Assembly: GCA_000708835.1 (NCBI GenBank)
Contig: DF237275.1
Location: forward strand, 36,087 to 100,086
DNA: 64,000 nt
Origin: Klebsormidium nitens
Lineage: Eukaryota > Plantae > Klebsormidiophyceae
Direction of reading: 5' to 3'
A program made the position numbers and the translations under genes. Positions 60,825-64,000 of the stretch are shown in pieces; the first letter of the stretch is position 1, and each line of letters begins with the position of its first letter. Under the pieces are notes generated by a model. That model did not search any database. It was given only the letters and a program-made list of their open reading frames with translations, and was not told where the DNA came from.

Positions 60825-61562
60825 GGGAAGGGTCATTTTGAAGCTGTACCCCCCGTAGTAACTGTTGAGCCCTTTTCGATGGAGGACCCGTGTCCCCCCC
60901 CCTTCTTGACTTGCCTCGCTGGCTAAAGTCCCAAGTACCCCCCTCATGCCCTCTGAGCCTTGGAGGGTTTCAAGTCCCCCTCCCATTCAAAGGCTAAAAA
61001 TTTCGAATATTTTCGCTGATCAAGAGCATCTACGAGACTTTTGTTCCTATCGATTCCTACAGCAAGCTAGTTGCAACTTCTTGCAAGGGCTTTTTGACCC
61101 GTTTGTAGAGAATATGCCTAAGAAAACAGGTGAAAATCCGCCCAAAGAGGCTCCATCGGGGCTCAAACTTAGGGATTTACCTCTCTGACCTTTGCTTTCC
61201 AAATCATGCAAAGGCTCCCCCCCAATGTAGCTTCGAGGATCTTCACAGGCTCTAAGTCCCCCCCGTGTCCCCCCCCCTTCATGACCCTCGAAACCAATCT
61301 TGGTCTAAGGTCCCCCCNNNNNNNNNNNNNNNNNNNNNNNNNNNNNNNNNNNNNNNNNNNNNNNNNNNNNNNNNNNNNNNNNNNNNNNNNNNNNNNNNNN
61401 NNNNNNNNNNNNNNNNNNNNNNNNNNNNNNNNNNNNNNNNNNNNNNNNNNNNNNNNNNNNNNNNNNNNNNNNNNNNNNNNNNNNNNNNNNNNNNNNNNNN
61501 NNNNNNNNNNNNNNNNNNTCAACAGTTACTACGGGGGGTACCACTTCAAAATGACTCTTCCC
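60825..61562. mobile_element. PIF/Harbinger (Tourist-like) non-autonomous element with at least 44-bp TIRs and TAA TSD, interrupted by an assembly gap
   Basis: TAA|GGGAAGGGTCATTTTGAAGCTGTACCCCCCGTAGTAACTGTTGA (60825-60868) against the reverse complement of 61519-61562 matches at 41/44, followed by TAA. An internal direct repeat CCCGTGTCCCCCCCCTTC lies at about 60888 and 61262. Confidence 0.85.
61318..61518. other. Assembly gap (201 N) inside the MITE
   Basis: Run of N. Confidence 0.99.
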
Positions 61563-61935
61563 TAAAAAAGAGGCAAGCCAATATACGCATGTGTACAGGC
61601 GGCGCGTGCCGGTCATGCATAACTACAGCTAATGAGTTGCAGTCACTCAAGCTGGCACGCAATCGGCTAAGTTCATGGATCAAAGTGCATGCAACAATTT
61701 CATTTGGGCCGGATATTGGCTTGCCTATTTACGAAGTAAACATGGACCGCCGTCAGGGTGACGGCGAGGGCTTGCCTCTGCTTGATATCATATTCATGGT
61801 TCTGGATGTGTGATGGCAGCATGATGGGTTTCATGGTGAGTCATGTGCTATTGATACACATATGAATAGACGGGTATCGGAATTTTATCTAGTTTTCTAT
61901 GGCCCGGCTGTTCTTGCTCTCTCTTTTTTTCTAAT

Positions 61936-63532
61936 TTACGTATTCTTGATACGTTCGATCAGTGTAACGATGGCCTTGGTCTGACGCTCGTTGGCTACTC
62001 TGATGCGCTCTTTGACTTCATCTTGTTCACGGCTCCAGGCGAGGTGGCGTGCTTGTCGGCGCTCCAGGATGGCGCTTGGCGAGTAGTCCGGCAGTGCGCG
62101 GAGAGCGTGGTAGATGTCTTCTGCCTGCACATGCAGAGAAAGATACGGCAGCTTGAGCGGACCCTGAGGTGGTGCGGAGGGTGCGGAAGGCGAATTGTGT
62201 AAGGGCGGCAGCGGACTGAGCGGATTCCGGATAGATCAGCAGAACGAGCGGCTTGATGTACAGGAGATTGATAAACTAAAGGAATTCCGGACAGGACAGC
62301 AGAATGAGCGGATTCGTATGTTTTGGTTTTAGAGCTTTTGATTTTGTGAGCAGAACCTGGAGAATGAGATCAGCGAAACGAGCGGATTGATGCACGCTTT
62401 TGGACGGAACCTTAAACAGAGGTTGAGGACAGGAAATGTCTCGAAGGCATTCCGCCGGGACAGGACAGCAGAACGAGCGGACCCTCACGTTTTGGCTTAT
62501 ATACTGGAGCTCTAAGCTTTTCATTCTGTGAGCGGAATCTGAAGAATGTGATCAGCGGAATGAGCGGAATGATGCACGCTTCTGGACGGAACCTTAAACA
62601 GAATTTGAGGACGGGAAATGTCTCGAAGGAGATCCGGACAGGACAGCGAAACGAGCGGATCCGTTGGAACTCTAAGCTTTTAATTCTGTGAGCGGACTTC
62701 GGAGAATGACTTAGTCATTCTTTTTTGTCTGCGCGTCTGATGAACGAACAGCTGCTGTTACTTGCAAATTGTTCTGCAGGTTGTAGAAAACTTACTTGTG
62801 AACGGGAGTGAATGCGCCGAAGCTGCTTGCCGGTGAAGCCGTAGAAATCGAGCAGTTCTCGCAAGAGCCAGAACGGAATGTCGCAGCCGTCACTGCGGAT
62901 CTCGTACTCTTGTTCCAGCAGCAGTCCGCAATTGTAACCCCCTGGATACCATGTGAGAAGCACTTCGTTTAGCAAGCCTGCATAGACAGTAAAGGGGCGT
63001 TTTTCGCCAGCAAAACGAAGGTGCAGATCAAGTAAAATATGTGGACGGATTACTACCAACTTTGCAAGTAACGCAGCTGTTTGATTGAATGTTTGAAAAG
63101 AGATGGGCAAGTAGGACAAGTACAAAGCTGGCAGGCAGAGAAGAATTTCGACGGATTCGAAAGAAGGGAGTGCTGCTTGCGGCACAACACTGTCAGGAAC
63201 GAGAAACTCGGGGAACTAATTTGCGTGTTTGTTTGCGTTCAAAAAACCATGTGCAAAATCGTACCATCAGCAATGAGGACTCCTGGTGTATATCCGGTCT
63301 CAAAATATTCATTATGGGCACGCGTGTCCGCTATGAATTTGCGCAGCTCCGTTCTGTTGCGGAATCCGCTATCCACGCACTCTCTACGTGCGCCCATCTT
63401 GAAGAGCTGCTCGCGTTGCTGCAGGCTGGCATATATCACAGGATGCAGGCGCACGAAGGCTGCTGCGCTGCATGCTAGTCGGACTTCTTCTAAGAGTTCG
63501 TTGGTCGTGCTGTCCCTGCCGGATTCGGCCAT
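61936..63532 (-). CDS. Hypothetical protein of about 212 aa. Exons: 63532-63265, 62977-62796, 62124-61936
   Basis: Three open segments join through canonical GT-AG introns in consistent phases (1, 0): MAESGRD..GVLIAD-GLLNEVLLTWYPGGY..FWLLRELLDFYGF..HSRSQ-AEDIYHALRALPDYS..IERIKNT*. No family was recognised, and additional upstream exons are possible. Confidence 0.55.
62215..62710. repeat. Intronic tandem repeat with a 170-180 bp unit, about 3 copies, rich in GAGCGGA
   Basis: GGACAGGACAGC starts at 62289, 62458 and 62636. GATGCACGCTT.TGGACGGAACCTTAAACAGA..TTGAGGAC.GGAAATGTCTCGAAGG occurs twice. Confidence 0.88.
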
Positions 63533-64000
63533 GCCGTGTTCCGTTGCAGCACAGAGTGGTTGCGCAGCTCGTTTACCTTACCGTTGCCGCCATTGTTTCT
63601 GTGGCTGTTTGAGTCTACCGCTGTCTTGGTAGAAGTGCATTGGATCTGATGCAAAGAGCTGGCATGCAGTTACGCAGAGTTCTTTGGAGAGTGCATTAAG
63701 AAAGCCGCATTAGTAGCGTAAGAGTCGTGGACAGCCACTTAGAGTATTACGTCGCGTGATTTGTGCCTCGTGCATTTCTCGAGCAAAGACATGCACGAAT
63801 GACATTCGCAATCATTCCGTTCGTCCGCGCTGCACCTTTCCGACGGAATCCGATTTTCGAAGTCCGAGTCGCTGAATCAAACGCATTTCCGCATCGAATC
63901 CTTGCTGGCAGAGTACGTTTGGGCGCTTAGAATCATGGCGATGGCCGCAGACATTTCAGAGCTGGACTTCACTCCGTTTAGAGCTGGGGGTGGCATCGTT

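Overview
Eukaryotic, intron-rich genomic DNA with GC3-rich exons and introns of mostly 200-1100 nt. Gene content and style suggest a streptophyte green alga (Klebsormidium-like); this is an inference. Ten protein-coding genes can be reconstructed by hand: a 5'-truncated SWI1/DYAD/AM1 meiotic regulator (+), an intronless metallothionein (-), a double-AP2 euAP2-type transcription factor (+), ATR kinase (-), a P-type PPR protein (-), a TLS1/C9orf78/CSU2 homologue (+), an SDIR1-like RING ligase (-), a plastid GPT/XPT-type phosphate translocator (-), a GT61 glycosyltransferase (+) and an orphan three-exon gene (-). Non-coding features are three MITE-like elements with TIRs and putative TSDs, several intronic tandem repeats and two assembly gaps. 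The most striking unexplained structure is that four introns in two unrelated genes (three in GT61, one in ATR) contain serial, decaying tandem copies of their own exon-intron junction. These copies form arrays of decoy splice sites, some of which flank in-frame 24-nt candidate microexons.
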